Source: Babesia bigemina (Eukaryota). From it: a stretch of 64,000 bases of DNA. The stretch covers positions 372,001 to 436,000 of the forward strand of contig NC_027220.1 of assembly GCF_000981445.1 (NCBI RefSeq), read 5' to 3'. The notes under the pieces are model-generated. The model saw only the letters and a program-made list of their open reading frames with translations. It had not been told where the DNA came from and did no database searches. Numbering within the stretch: position 1 is the stretch's first letter; each line of letters starts with the position of its first letter. The translations under genes were made by a program, and so were the position numbers. Shown here piece by piece: positions 37,201-46,250 of this stretch.

Positions 37201-40200
37201 GATAACCTTAACACTCAACAAGATACATTGTCACAGCAACCCCAAGACATACAAAATGGCGTCGAACTGATTAACGATGAGCTTCAGAGTATTCGAGATG
37301 CGTTGCAGGGAACCGCTGACGGTAATCCCCAAGACAGAGGCGTGATCAAGAATTTGGAATTCATGACAAAGCAGATCGGCACTCACGACGATGCAGGCCT
37401 TAAGAAAATCAAAAGTGACATAGAGTCTCTTAAGCAGAACCAGGTCCCAGTTATCACCAAACATCTTAACATCATGTCCAGTGCAATTACCAACGCAGCC
37501 GGACAACTGGGCTGGAATCTGGATCAGCTGGAGACCCCGCATATCGACGTCAAACTCAAAGGCATACAGGACGGTTTCAAGAACCTCCGACTCTCCGACC
37601 TGGACGACGCCATCAAGTTGTGTGACGACTTCCTTCATAAAGCCGACGAGATAGAAAGAAACACCATCGCCGCCCTGTTGAAGCACGTCGACAATGAGGT
37701 GGACGATGCCATCAAGGAACTCACCAAGGAGGCCCGTACGCTGTACGTGGACTCGGTGAGGGATGCGTTGGAATTGTTTGCCAGGAAGGTCAATGAGGAT
37801 TTAGAGCAGCTGCCGAGTGACATCAATCACGACTTGACGATCGGCTTCAAGGGGTTCATGAATGCGGTGGAAGGTGACGAAGGCGTTAACATCAAACAGC
37901 TCATGTGCGTAGAAAGCAGAGAACTGAAACACTTATCTGCCGCCCTCGGCAGTTTCTTAGGTGAAGTCAACGAGTACGTCCGGCAGGAGACTCAGAGGGT
38001 GCATAAGGAGCTTGGTGATGAAAGACATCCGTCATTGCCACCGACCGAAGATCCATATGTACCCCAGCTTGATTCAGTCCACAGGGATCTCAACACTGTA
38101 CTCAATTACATCTGCGATACGGAGACATTCGACGATAAGCTGCGAACCCTGCTGGCCGATCTAAAGACAGCAATCGCCGGGCTGGTACCCTCCGACTTCA
38201 AGCACCCGTCCACTCCGCTGCTGGACACTGTCGCTAGCGGTCTCACCAAATTCGCCGGTGAGTTTGGTAATTGTTACATCTCCACCTACTCCGGTCAGCG
38301 GTGCAGGGAGGAGCACGCCCACAAGTACGCCAAGGTGTTACTAAGCATGGTACCTATGACGTACAATGCTCTTAACAAGTTGGCGACGAAATGTGAGAGT
38401 GAGTGGAAACCACTTCACATTAGTAAGTTCACCGCTGACGACAGAGACAACCCACTTGGCAACTACCTCGCCAGGTGCGGGTACAGGGTGTCCAGTTACG
38501 AGAGTGGGCAGGAAGGCGAGTTGAATAACATGTTCACTGGAGGTGGGATTTACGAGTTACTTGCCACCCCAATTGAGGATGTGGACATCGATATGCTGGT
38601 TGACGGTGAGCAAGTAACTTACGATATTAACTTGGTCCACATCATATCGCTGCTCTACAACACCCTATGCCACTACTTCCAGGTCTGCCACCTCTACGTT
38701 CCCCCTGAGCCAAGATACCCGTGCACAGTCAGGGACATGCTGTCGTGGCTCTCCGGGCTGCAGTATACACAGGTGGCAGACAAGCTGCCTGACCACTGCA
38801 AGGCGTTGCTCAACCGCCGGTGCCACGACGGCGACACGCCCAACACGGAGGATCCTGTGATGGCCAAGTGCATTGGTGAGCTATCATCCATCATCGCAAC
38901 AACATGTTCACGCTCCAATGCCCTGCTCACCGCCATCCAGGGTAACGGCCACGGCTTCGACATGGCCGCCTACCCGTATTCAGTGGACTTCTCCAACAAC
39001 CGTGCCAGGCTCCACTACCCCGCTGACCCAGATGCGCTGCTTGATATGCTACGTGAGATAGTGTTCCGCCTTTGTAAAGTGCTCTACTTCCTGTACTCCC
39101 AGTGCTGCCGCAGCACCGCCCGGGTCAGGGGGTGGAGGGAGTGCGTGTACGGCAGGCAGGTTCAGTCACACCACTGGCAGTGTAATACATTGGGAAGTGG
39201 TTCCGCTACCAACGATACCACTACGACTGCTGCAACTACCACTTCCTCCACCGCCAAGCACGGCTGCCCGCCCACCTCGCCTCTACAGTCGTTCCTCTCC
39301 GACTGCTGCCACGGACTCCTGCCGCATACCCTTACCGCTGCTGACGGCACTATCAAATGTGCTAACTGCACCGTCAACCAACCTGGCAAGCAGTGCCTCA
39401 CTCCGCTCGGCTTCTGGGACCTGGGCATTGCTGCTTCCATAAGTGGCACCGGCTGGGATCTCGCCAATCGTCTCGGAGATATGTGCCGTGACGCTGACTC
39501 ATGCCTCTTCGTGCTCTGTCGTACTCTGTTCTGGTTGTGTCCCGCCACACCCTCATCACTCGCCGACGTGTTTGCATTGTATGCTCAGGCGTTACGGAAG
39601 TGGGACCCTCATGACTGGGTTGAAAACCGTGGCGGCAATTACACCGATGCCTCCGATCTTATATCGCATCTCAACACCGACAGTATCGACGGCTTCTTTC
39701 CACTGTCGGCACAGCTCCACGGCAGCTATGAAAATCACAAGCTTACCAGTGCCATCTCATCGCTCGCCGGCCATGACCATAAAAGCCACGATGCGTTGTC
39801 CAGCCTCTTCAAAGACTCCACTTGCAAGCCACCCAGTGGATGCGCTCCCTACCTCCAACCCCTAGGACTCCATGCCCACCACACCTACCCGCAGAAGCAC
39901 GCCGGACTATACATCACGTGGATAATATACTTGGCATGGGAGTTCTGGGAGTTGCTCTACCAACTACTGCAGGCTTTGGACAACATCGACTGCACGGCCG
40001 CCGGCTGCGCCACATGCCCTTGCCAACCCGGCATACACGGTGGGAAGGACGCCTGTCACTGCCCGTCCATCGTCCAGTGCGCCGGACCACTGCCCACCCT
40101 CTACCGTTACGGATTCACGTATCGCAACGCATATCTGCTAGTCACCGATAACCGTGCCGTGCGCTGCGGTGACCTCAACACAAAACTCAAACAGGCACTG

Positions 40201-40491
40201 CATTCTGGCCACTTCACTGAATTGTTCCGGCAAATCGACAAACTCATCTGGCACATACGGATGCCTTTCTTCTACTGCTTCATCGCACTGTGGACTCTCG
40301 TGGCGCTTTACATACTTCACAATTTCCTCTACCGCTTGGACATCTTCCGCATCAGGTCACATCTCCTGACCACCAAGGCCTCACACTTCATCGACGTCAA
40401 GGCGCTAGTCATCCCGAACAGAAAGATGCTCTCACTCTACGACGCCGATTACTTCGACGATGACCCTATTGGTAACATTGCGCCCCAGTAA
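31264..40491 (+). CDS. Giant VESA1-like variant surface antigen with long coiled-coil repeat region, 3075 aa
   Basis: ves N-terminus MAPKALTDCPENLREAIDWLIQVK. C-terminal VESA blocks YISTYSG, NPLGNYLARCGY, PCTVRDMLSWLSGL, SPLQSFLSD, CLTPLGF and CPSIVQCAGPLPTLYRYGF. TM MPFFYCFIALWTLVALYILHNFLY and tail RLDIFRIRSHL. Single exon. Confidence 0.9.
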   Translation: MAPKALTDCPENLREAIDWLIQVKHCGGISTVSDALASLFDNVARDAEKSQPSLLDSDRPSARDVVSKLRAFQSTLPEDSENPHKNIIHNLCASAGSLLGYRYPGTYYGSGIVYGNASRLCHAILAFLYPVFSDVHDNQPYVAGRSVLRDDVIVELKSQLWRGHKGFCQAIPRVATGLQRYNAAVKASNERVKEPIETVLNYVKPDGELCKGIKDLQISETSPLAEYERTVSTAVSLVEGCKEVARVFSRSLTAATNAINDFNPKLKRKLENARRSFFSHVDWLSRWSKKGEKKRLDKMVQKIKSKLKRFAKAVKDKIKQEVHAVVEVLKDRVKEFRMKLEAITVSLEKYVKELGQWMGEAKEYINAVKKYVDQIMKQLDGEHRKAIDRAAADIDSELGKKVEELNKWIEDADAAVKAAKEKAEDVYGRLDKDSSTKFSVGLKKIEAAKGKIESVSSELKNVHSDLGDWKVVVQDVISKAAGKADEVSEQLDPAQQDENHSIGKNLNDIETSEKAINEANESLQEEVTKLSKSITEADRIREQAQQKAQEVYDSLTVHNELSEKIKEIQAANQKIKDVNTGLKSVDSKLGEWNKEASTVIEGVVKTATEVYDKLNHGDNQQVIGQGIKQIQDAKQNVDDVAKGLTSVNEDLQKWREAAETVLSTTVDKAAEVHKALDPAKGKSTLGEQIDAIDTAGQYIKSANDQLKSQVGNLSKWMQDAEDIRHKAEEKVREAYNKLQVNEKLSKNVKRIVDAKEKIDKVHNAVETQVKELGRWKDQTECVIGRAIKNAEYVNDTLRDRLDPKIGEIEQHNDAIKEAQAKLEQAVQHLGKWSDAAKNVIKKADEKCDEILRRVKTDPSSKDDTIYKQAELLKYQGIKLLKAADVAKQTVESKVKDALEAVKAMDTDLKKDLFEVKTNIAEGIKTVIEELKVDQLGDKVKEDLKQLRERIVNLKDKVDKPSGSGLVEEQLKALGKAKTPLTEKTSQIKTQTEEMDKKFKETIKDPLDKGLQAVEGEIEKLYGQINPGGSATAADKKQLHKIFEHMKKEVAVIKGRAGNGVNDQNSKGLEGIVTNAKVLAQQFHGGKKFENKVNGFVMEILRENKIVQGILKKYAQDKGLGENYTKLDSSGNSPFRKYIAESLQIHLRDEANAAGKKVEEKFGEADNSREKIQRYITTVKEGLTTFVNEIEKRLKVEQINNLEGSIDTLVGTIVSGIVNDIKSRGQPRQIQTNDDLLKLAVKRIFMKLIVIVRKVAAEVEFLGTKVFGKILDTIKPTVDELDKNLKAVTDTGRTPVHGTAQAVDRAIEGVKGMVRSTIEQKFESDVKTPVEQAVQGLEKAVTEYDKQVKEQVREAVKGAIEQAAEEISTDENVTLGDVRDKMENFNGAYSLIIGGLQGQLSSILDKQLTSRADKVDINKAAGFKKYTGHVSTGYTTDHSYGKMNSAINVIKGEGLNALENTIGTTAAQKIEADAFKKPFKAIEIQLSTITDVVTNEGFKFLGDKDESRKGVKVLLAELKDGFDNKPVGESAKGLDAITKAIGELRKNTFSPKSEQIGKAVTEMKSQVEDLKNKLKSDGKDDKDSVINALKDLKDAGLASGKWNGKDGRQVGGLQKIEDDLRKQNEELRNQTIEIGKAFDYTLRELKGMLAQVGLRLHNIIVPDDVMDNLKDIKLKIGRGKNIGLEHIHELIKKLQEGNFTHNPEEIGKAKDEITNKLKKLQDDLQGDKNNDVIETLRDLKDVGLGNGDWKKKNNTKGLEKIKNELKAQLDELSVQPDFIDLGIAQITKQLDELRTTFQSGNKNPNDDVINRLEDMRRNGLSDETKSWNGKDGLGKIRSNFQEQNVKLFEARDQIDKATDIVLSHTQSVLKSAEHKLRSDVANDDVLDHLEELKRKIGKDGVVEDSLQGIHNKIHELQEREFVVQSKGIVEAKKHIEEGLQEQRMTLQKNVTNPLNDLVNKGFGPSENWNYLNAKGFNHIQDNLNTQQDTLSQQPQDIQNGVELINDELQSIRDALQGTADGNPQDRGVIKNLEFMTKQIGTHDDAGLKKIKSDIESLKQNQVPVITKHLNIMSSAITNAAGQLGWNLDQLETPHIDVKLKGIQDGFKNLRLSDLDDAIKLCDDFLHKADEIERNTIAALLKHVDNEVDDAIKELTKEARTLYVDSVRDALELFARKVNEDLEQLPSDINHDLTIGFKGFMNAVEGDEGVNIKQLMCVESRELKHLSAALGSFLGEVNEYVRQETQRVHKELGDERHPSLPPTEDPYVPQLDSVHRDLNTVLNYICDTETFDDKLRTLLADLKTAIAGLVPSDFKHPSTPLLDTVASGLTKFAGEFGNCYISTYSGQRCREEHAHKYAKVLLSMVPMTYNALNKLATKCESEWKPLHISKFTADDRDNPLGNYLARCGYRVSSYESGQEGELNNMFTGGGIYELLATPIEDVDIDMLVDGEQVTYDINLVHIISLLYNTLCHYFQVCHLYVPPEPRYPCTVRDMLSWLSGLQYTQVADKLPDHCKALLNRRCHDGDTPNTEDPVMAKCIGELSSIIATTCSRSNALLTAIQGNGHGFDMAAYPYSVDFSNNRARLHYPADPDALLDMLREIVFRLCKVLYFLYSQCCRSTARVRGWRECVYGRQVQSHHWQCNTLGSGSATNDTTTTAATTTSSTAKHGCPPTSPLQSFLSDCCHGLLPHTLTAADGTIKCANCTVNQPGKQCLTPLGFWDLGIAASISGTGWDLANRLGDMCRDADSCLFVLCRTLFWLCPATPSSLADVFALYAQALRKWDPHDWVENRGGNYTDASDLISHLNTDSIDGFFPLSAQLHGSYENHKLTSAISSLAGHDHKSHDALSSLFKDSTCKPPSGCAPYLQPLGLHAHHTYPQKHAGLYITWIIYLAWEFWELLYQLLQALDNIDCTAAGCATCPCQPGIHGGKDACHCPSIVQCAGPLPTLYRYGFTYRNAYLLVTDNRAVRCGDLNTKLKQALHSGHFTELFRQIDKLIWHIRMPFFYCFIALWTLVALYILHNFLYRLDIFRIRSHLLTTKASHFIDVKALVIPNRKMLSLYDADYFDDDPIGNIAPQ
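32320..33830 (+). repeat. Degenerate ~57-64-aa helical repeat array inside the giant ves gene
   Basis: L-x-x-W anchors with TGG at 32332, 32485, 32668, (TCG at 32860), 33037, 33223, 33409, 33586 and 33757. Most are followed by A..V...A..KA.EVY..L. Confidence 0.75.
35780..37440 (+). repeat. Second degenerate ~66-80-aa repeat array inside the giant ves gene
   Basis: D/N/G-V-I-x-x-L-x-D/E-L...G...GL.KI units start near 36007, 36247, 36448, 36676, 36907, 37105 and 37339. Confidence 0.7.
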
Positions 40492-41829
40492 TTATTACAT
40501 TAGTGTTTTCATAAGTTACTAGGTGTTATATTGTGGCGCAGTAGTTATTGATTTTAGTAGTTGTAAGTGTTGATAATTACAATGCTGCTCAACCTTCTGA
40601 AATTGGCGTACCTATAAGTTGAGCAATTCCGGCGGTGCCCCACTCCATTTGCATACAATAAAGAACTCAACAATAAACAAGTCAAACGCGTCTAGTTCGG
40701 TTTTGGCGATCATGTTATAGGAGTTTGAGCCAAATGGTATACGCCTTGATTCAGTGTACCATGGAGTGGACTGGTTTGCCGCCCACGGCAGCTTGGGGAG
40801 CGCCATACCATGTAAGGTAGTCAGTAATTTGTTATGCGTTTGGATAACTTGCTAACAATTAGCTGGGCATCTAACAAATACGTAATGTCAGGACATTGTC
40901 AGACGTTGAGTATGGAACGTCGAAGTTATTGGGCTCTTATGTACAATTGTGGTAGTTATTAACTTAGTAATTGCACGATGTAACTGACACAGACACTGAT
41001 TTGTGCACTGCTAGTGTGACAACATAGTGATCTGTGAATAAAATTAGAATTCGTCTTTGCGCCCTTTGAATTTTAATATCGAGCTATCAGAGTAGTGCTG
41101 GCGACATCAACGTATGCACTGATCGTGGATTGGCATTCGATGCCAGCTTTGAGCGTTTTTGCATTGTACATTTCCAGAGAGAGGAATACAGAAATCTACA
41201 TCTATGAATATCACCACTTTGTATCGTCGATTTGTCAACGCTCTTCGAGGCGTGGGTTAGGTTGTTCATCGCTGAACCTAGATTGATTGTACCATACGCA
41301 ATATTCATGAACATTTGTGCTTATGACGCGGAAGTCTACGCGTGTTTATGATGACCACGTTTCACGTCATCAACAGGTATTGACGTGGCATTGGGAAGTA
41401 GCTGTGACCAGGGTTCTGTAGAATCAGCAATATGCGAAAAGCCGTCTGAGTGTCCCATAGAACCTGTTCTCAAATGTAACGGTGCATTATATACCCGCCA
41501 TAATCCTGCAGTTGTGAATCCCAGCTACTCTATAAGTGACGAGCCCATTTACGCCAAACCCGTAAGGCGCAAAAGCCTGTCGAAGATGCTTGTGCGCACT
41601 CGCGATACTCTAGCACGTCACATATATACGTCATAGGGCCCCATGTAGATGCGAATGGATAGAGAGGTACAGGATGGTTCCAAGTGGTAGCTATTGTCTG
41701 AATGTGCGGTCGTTGATAAATACATTTCTCATGGCGGATCACCGCCACAAAATTGCGCCATTCGTATGCGTTGTGAGCCATCTGAAACTGGTGTAATCGA
41801 AGAGTAATGGCTGGCAGCGAGTAGCGCAA

Positions 41830-42740
41830 CAGTTCGGTGTCTTACATCGACTGCATGCCAAAGCAAGTCATTTTGGATATCAGTCGTGCATCTGATCATG
41901 ATGATGTATACCTCGGATTGCCATATATGACTGCGCAAGCGTATTGCGTGCAGTCTTCAGATCATAAATATAAAACGTGAAGACGGCTCATACTAGACAT
42001 ATCGGTAGAAGACCGCCACAATAGTTGGAATATTGCAGACGCCTATGCTAACAATGATGCTGAATGTCCAACAGCGGGAGCAGAAACGTCAACATTTATT
42101 CCCCATATCCAACAATGTTTCGTTCGATGTCCACTCTCCCTCTAGATACATTAGTACATCAGCGAGTAAGTTCACGAGTATACCCACATCTATTGCACAT
42201 TCCAAAAATACGAGCTACACAGTTGAATTCAACATACCGTAGATGATGTTGGGGTTTATGTAGACCAGACGGTTGCCCACGTTACTGTTAAAGGTGCAGG
42301 CGTATCACATGGGCATCGTGAGGCCACTATCATCAGTTGCATCCAATACAGAATTGATGCACGGAGATAATATATACGACTCATACATATACGCTGATGT
42401 AGAACACCGTATTGAATCACTCGCTCCTGTTAATCATGATATTTTGACCCTCCACGAGCAACATCGGGTACAATACCTTCATCTGGTTCAGGGCCTACCA
42501 TCGACATTAGTAACCTAAGATTCGGATCGAAGACAACTTCCATCGCTTATATGGTATGTAGCATATCGTTGTCGAGCTTGTCACCGATTGTTAGTTCACC
42601 GGGCGCGACTGCCGGATTCCAGCTAGCACACGCAAACTAGCTGGTTGGACTAACGGTTTACATTAGGGACGCGAAACACACAGCATCCATGTACGCAAGA
42701 ATGAGCAATCGTGTTTTCAATGTTGTCGCAACTTGATCAT
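41830..42740 (-). pseudogene. Probable highly decayed RAP-1 (rhoptry-associated protein 1) family pseudogene
   Basis: Minus-strand translation with stops and frameshifts gives, in order: a signal-like LLILAYMDAVCFASL, APGELTIGD, IVPDV, *QERVIQY/IRC, LDATDDSGLTMPM*YACTF, GMLNSTV, DVGILVN and TSNETLL...RFCSR. This is collinear with remembered RAP-1 blocks (APAEVVGD, IVNDVC, CREVVNNYADRC, PLSLPNPYQLDAAF, GLLNNNV, DVEYLVN, MNYKTYL...FFNRF). Confidence 0.4.
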
Positions 42741-43054
42741 GTTTACCCGTACTGACTACTACGGCCTTACTGGTGTATATTCTATTCATCACACTGAGTG
42801 ATAGCACTGAACTTTTCGCTTCAACTAGAAATTTAGTGGATATACGGATTATACAGGCATGACATTTATTAAAAAATGAAATGATACGTTAGATTGCCGT
42901 GATAAGAAAAGGCACGCGTATATTATCTAATGACATCAGAGTGAGAGATACTAGAAGCATTCATATAGCACGTAACCTAGCACACCATCGCACTCAAAAG
43001 ATGTTAGCTTAATATGATTGGCTAAATGCAACCACTCAGATACCTCATTAGGAC

Positions 43055-43315
43055 ATGGAGAGCCAGAAGGCTTACGTTATTGTCCGGTTCATAGACTGTG
43101 GCTTGATGTATTACGTGTACAATTACTGTGAGTTCTACTGCCTGGAACTTATGAATCAAGTTACACAATGTGTGCTCAATACCATGACACATATAGCAGT
43201 GATTGCGGTGTCTATAATCACCTTTAAAAATCACGCTGAAGTTATGGGAAACGTGGGCATGGGCGCAGCTATTGTGGCTTGTTTGTTGTACTGGCTAGCC
43301 AAACAGAGCTTTTGT
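43055..43315 (+). pseudogene. Truncated triose-phosphate/phosphate translocator fragment (C-terminal helices only)
   Basis: GLMYYVYNYCEFYCLELMNQVTQCVLNTMTHIAVIAVSIITFKNHAEVMGNVGMGAAIVACLLYWLAKQ aligns without gaps to AVCYYLYNDFAFYCLGQMNQVTHSVTNTLKRVLVIVASIIIFRNTVTPLGYVGMAMAVLGAFWYSLVKQ of the neighbouring gene. No upstream TPT sequence was found. Confidence 0.85.
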
Positions 43316-44120
43316 GCATCGTGGAATGAGGTGACAGCGGTTTACCTTCGCAGCCTCCCTGCGCGTCGGCAGCAACGCGTTGTCGTAGAAAAGAGAAGTC
43401 CAGTATCTGGTATATCATCGGCGCCGCCAGGGTACTTAATAGCACACTCTAATACGCCGCATGTTGACATTCGCTATAATGTGCTCGTGTGTGTAGCGTA
43501 CACGTGGTCGCGGCGATTCCACAAAATGTTGCGTCCCAATGCCATTTCGGCATGATTGCAAGTGTCAAAGCCTACTGAAGTCATGTCACGTCAAACATTT
43601 ATCGCTATTTGGTTGAAAAATTATATCATCGGCTGCCCATGGTTGACGTTGTGTGTAACAGTATTTGGCGCCTCAACCGCGTGTCTTCTATTCTTAAGCA
43701 CATAAATCGGCGCCAACACATTGCTTTCTTTTAGAATTTTGCATTTCTGTGGCTCCTGACGTTTTGGGGTGATAGCAGTTGGGTTGAGTGTCGTTTCCCC
43801 TCTCACACTTGCAGATTCTCTATACGGTACTTTGCTGTTTAATCGGTTCCCACAATATTTATACGGTGTGTGGGATTATTTGAAGATTGCGCATATTGGA
43901 ATCTAAGTGTGTTCCCCGCACTTAATCCAAAAGCAGTTGTATATAGACACTTGCCGTTGTTGAACCTTAAACTAATCAAAAAACTTTTAATGATTGCGTA
44001 TCGCATACGAAACGCTTAGAGAAGACGCATTCTTTCTTCATTTGGGTACACATCTATTGATTGCTGCCGTGAAGTTCGGCCGCTTACGTGATTGGATACT
44101 GTTAAGTCATTGTCACCAAG

Positions 44121-45254
44121 ATGTCAGATTCACCCGCGGATAATGCAAAGATCGTTGTAGTGGATACTACTGAAGGTCAGCAATCACCTGAAACCTCTAA
44201 ATGGAAGGCTTGGTTAGAGGACCACGATAAGCTGATATGCGCTTTGCGTAGTTTTAACTGGCGGCTGGTGTTCGGCGTTTGTATGTGGTATACACTCAAT
44301 TGTGTATACGTTGTACAGCAGAAGATCTTTTTAAATGCCATACCGCTGCATGTGACATTGAGCGGGGTGCAGATGATTCTGAGTTCGATTTTCGCTTTGA
44401 TCGTGGTCGGTCTTAAATTGAGACCTGCGCCAATTATCACCAACCTAAAGAAGGCGATGCAGGTATTTATCCCTATTGGCCTGTGCCATTTGTTGGTTCA
44501 CTACGGCGCGGTGATTTCGATGGGTCTAGGAGCGGTGTCTTTCACGCAGGTTATCAAATCGGCGGAGCCTGTGACCACTGCTATCCTCTCTATGATAATC
44601 TTACGCGAATTCCATAGTGTATTCACGTACCTAGCTCTCGTCCCAGTTGTTGCAGGTGTGTCATTGGCATCTGTGAAGGAGTTGGACTTCAGCATCGGAG
44701 CATTTTTGTTCGCATTGCTATCTAACGTCGGGAGTTCACTGCGGTCCATTTTTGCAAAGGTGACTATGGATAACAAAATTGACATCGGAGAGAACTTGAC
44801 GCCCAGTAACATATACATGATACTTACGGTGATATCCGGTGTGCTGTCTATTCCTATCGTTTTGGGAGCGGAGGCATACAAGTGGAAGTCCGTGTGGTTG
44901 ACCCACACAGCCGAAATGAGCGCCGGTAAGCAGGCCGAGTTATTGTTTCACGCATTTTCGTCCGCCGTATGTTACTACCTCTACAACGATTTTGCTTTCT
45001 ATTGCCTGGGTCAGATGAATCAAGTGACGCACTCTGTGACTAACACTTTAAAGCGCGTGCTGGTCATCGTTGCGTCCATCATCATCTTTAGGAACACAGT
45101 TACCCCGCTCGGTTATGTAGGTATGGCCATGGCTGTTTTGGGTGCGTTCTGGTACTCTTTGGTCAAGCAGGGCGTTTTCTCACGCAAACCTAAAGAGGCT
45201 GAGCAGGTGAACGATCGTGAAGAAGATCAAACTGCAAGCGAGCAGAAGGTGTGA
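44121..45254 (+). CDS. Plastidic-type triose-phosphate/PEP:phosphate translocator (apicoplast phosphate translocator family), copy 1
   Basis: WYTLN, HLLVHYGAVISMGLGAVSFTQVIKSAEP, SNVGSSLRSIF and NQVTHSVTNTLKRV; about 10 hydrophobic segments. Confidence 0.92.
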   Translation: MSDSPADNAKIVVVDTTEGQQSPETSKWKAWLEDHDKLICALRSFNWRLVFGVCMWYTLNCVYVVQQKIFLNAIPLHVTLSGVQMILSSIFALIVVGLKLRPAPIITNLKKAMQVFIPIGLCHLLVHYGAVISMGLGAVSFTQVIKSAEPVTTAILSMIILREFHSVFTYLALVPVVAGVSLASVKELDFSIGAFLFALLSNVGSSLRSIFAKVTMDNKIDIGENLTPSNIYMILTVISGVLSIPIVLGAEAYKWKSVWLTHTAEMSAGKQAELLFHAFSSAVCYYLYNDFAFYCLGQMNQVTHSVTNTLKRVLVIVASIIIFRNTVTPLGYVGMAMAVLGAFWYSLVKQGVFSRKPKEAEQVNDREEDQTASEQKV

Positions 45255-46250
45255 GGAAACAATTCCGGTATTGTGTAGCGCGTTTTATTAATGTCGAGTC
45301 TGCGGAGCGCGCTACCGCGAATTGCCATGCCCCGTTTTATATGCAATACGCGCCTCTTCTGCACATGGTAGGCTGTGCTTTCCATTCCTAGCTTCTATCA
45401 CGAAGCGTATCATATGCTAGATGGTTAGTTTCAACGAAATGAGTTGCACCTGTGTGTGAACGAGGGAGACGAGTGTCGCCCCCAACCATCTGAAGACTTC
45501 AGAGATTTCTGGAGCATATCGGACGATCTTCTATAAAAATTACAAATTAACGCAGTGAAAAGGATCGCTTAAACTCTGTACATCGGGATTAGGCGTCCTA
45601 CTTAGTGAAAGACACCGCGTTTGATTTTTTGTGTGCGACTTTGAATAATTTTTATTAATTACTGACATTATGTGCCTCCACAAGTTGCGTAGACGTGGAA
45701 TTGCGCAAAGATGTCTCGCATTGCTGCACTATGCGGCCCATGTGCAGCCAAATAATTCTGTTTTAGCGCAGAAAATTCTGCACGACCCCATCGGCAATGG
45801 TGAGCGGCTAGCGCCTGTGGCCTTCCACGATTCTTTCTTTACTTACTATTACGGTCTCTTAAATACCTCAAAATTGGCCTTAGAATTTTTGCTAGTCAGC
45901 GACATCTACGGTCTTCTTTAGTAGTCGCACCTTCCACGTAGTAGGAAGGCGTCGTTTCTTGCCGGTGTTTTATTCCTTTCATCAACAGCTTTCTCCATTT
46001 AGTCAAATTTGTAGGCGCTGATTAATATATCAGATGTGCAAATCATTGTGTGAATTGGTGTCTGCTGTAGTTGCATGTCTATAGAAAGTGTATGAGAGTG
46101 GAAGGCTCGCCTTCTGTTTTGTCTTAATCGCATTTTGTGCGGATTCTGTCCAATACATCTTGCGTTTTGGATGCCATATAAGTATTCAAAAGGCGAATAG
46201 CTTGCATATGCCTACTTTGTAGGTAAGTTGTTGTTACTCAGGTCTCAAAA

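Noticed and set aside
31866..38963. Many minus-strand ORFs within the giant ves gene
   Set aside because: Antisense shadows produced by the purine-rich sense strand.
42555..42595. TIGDKLDNDML resembling HAD motif IV
   Set aside because: No other HAD motifs nearby; the context fits the RAP-1-like relic better.
46223..46241. Possible 19-nt GTAAG...CAG intron just upstream of the TPT copy 2 ATG
   Set aside because: Much shorter than the other introns here (about 30 nt and up); unsupported without transcripts.
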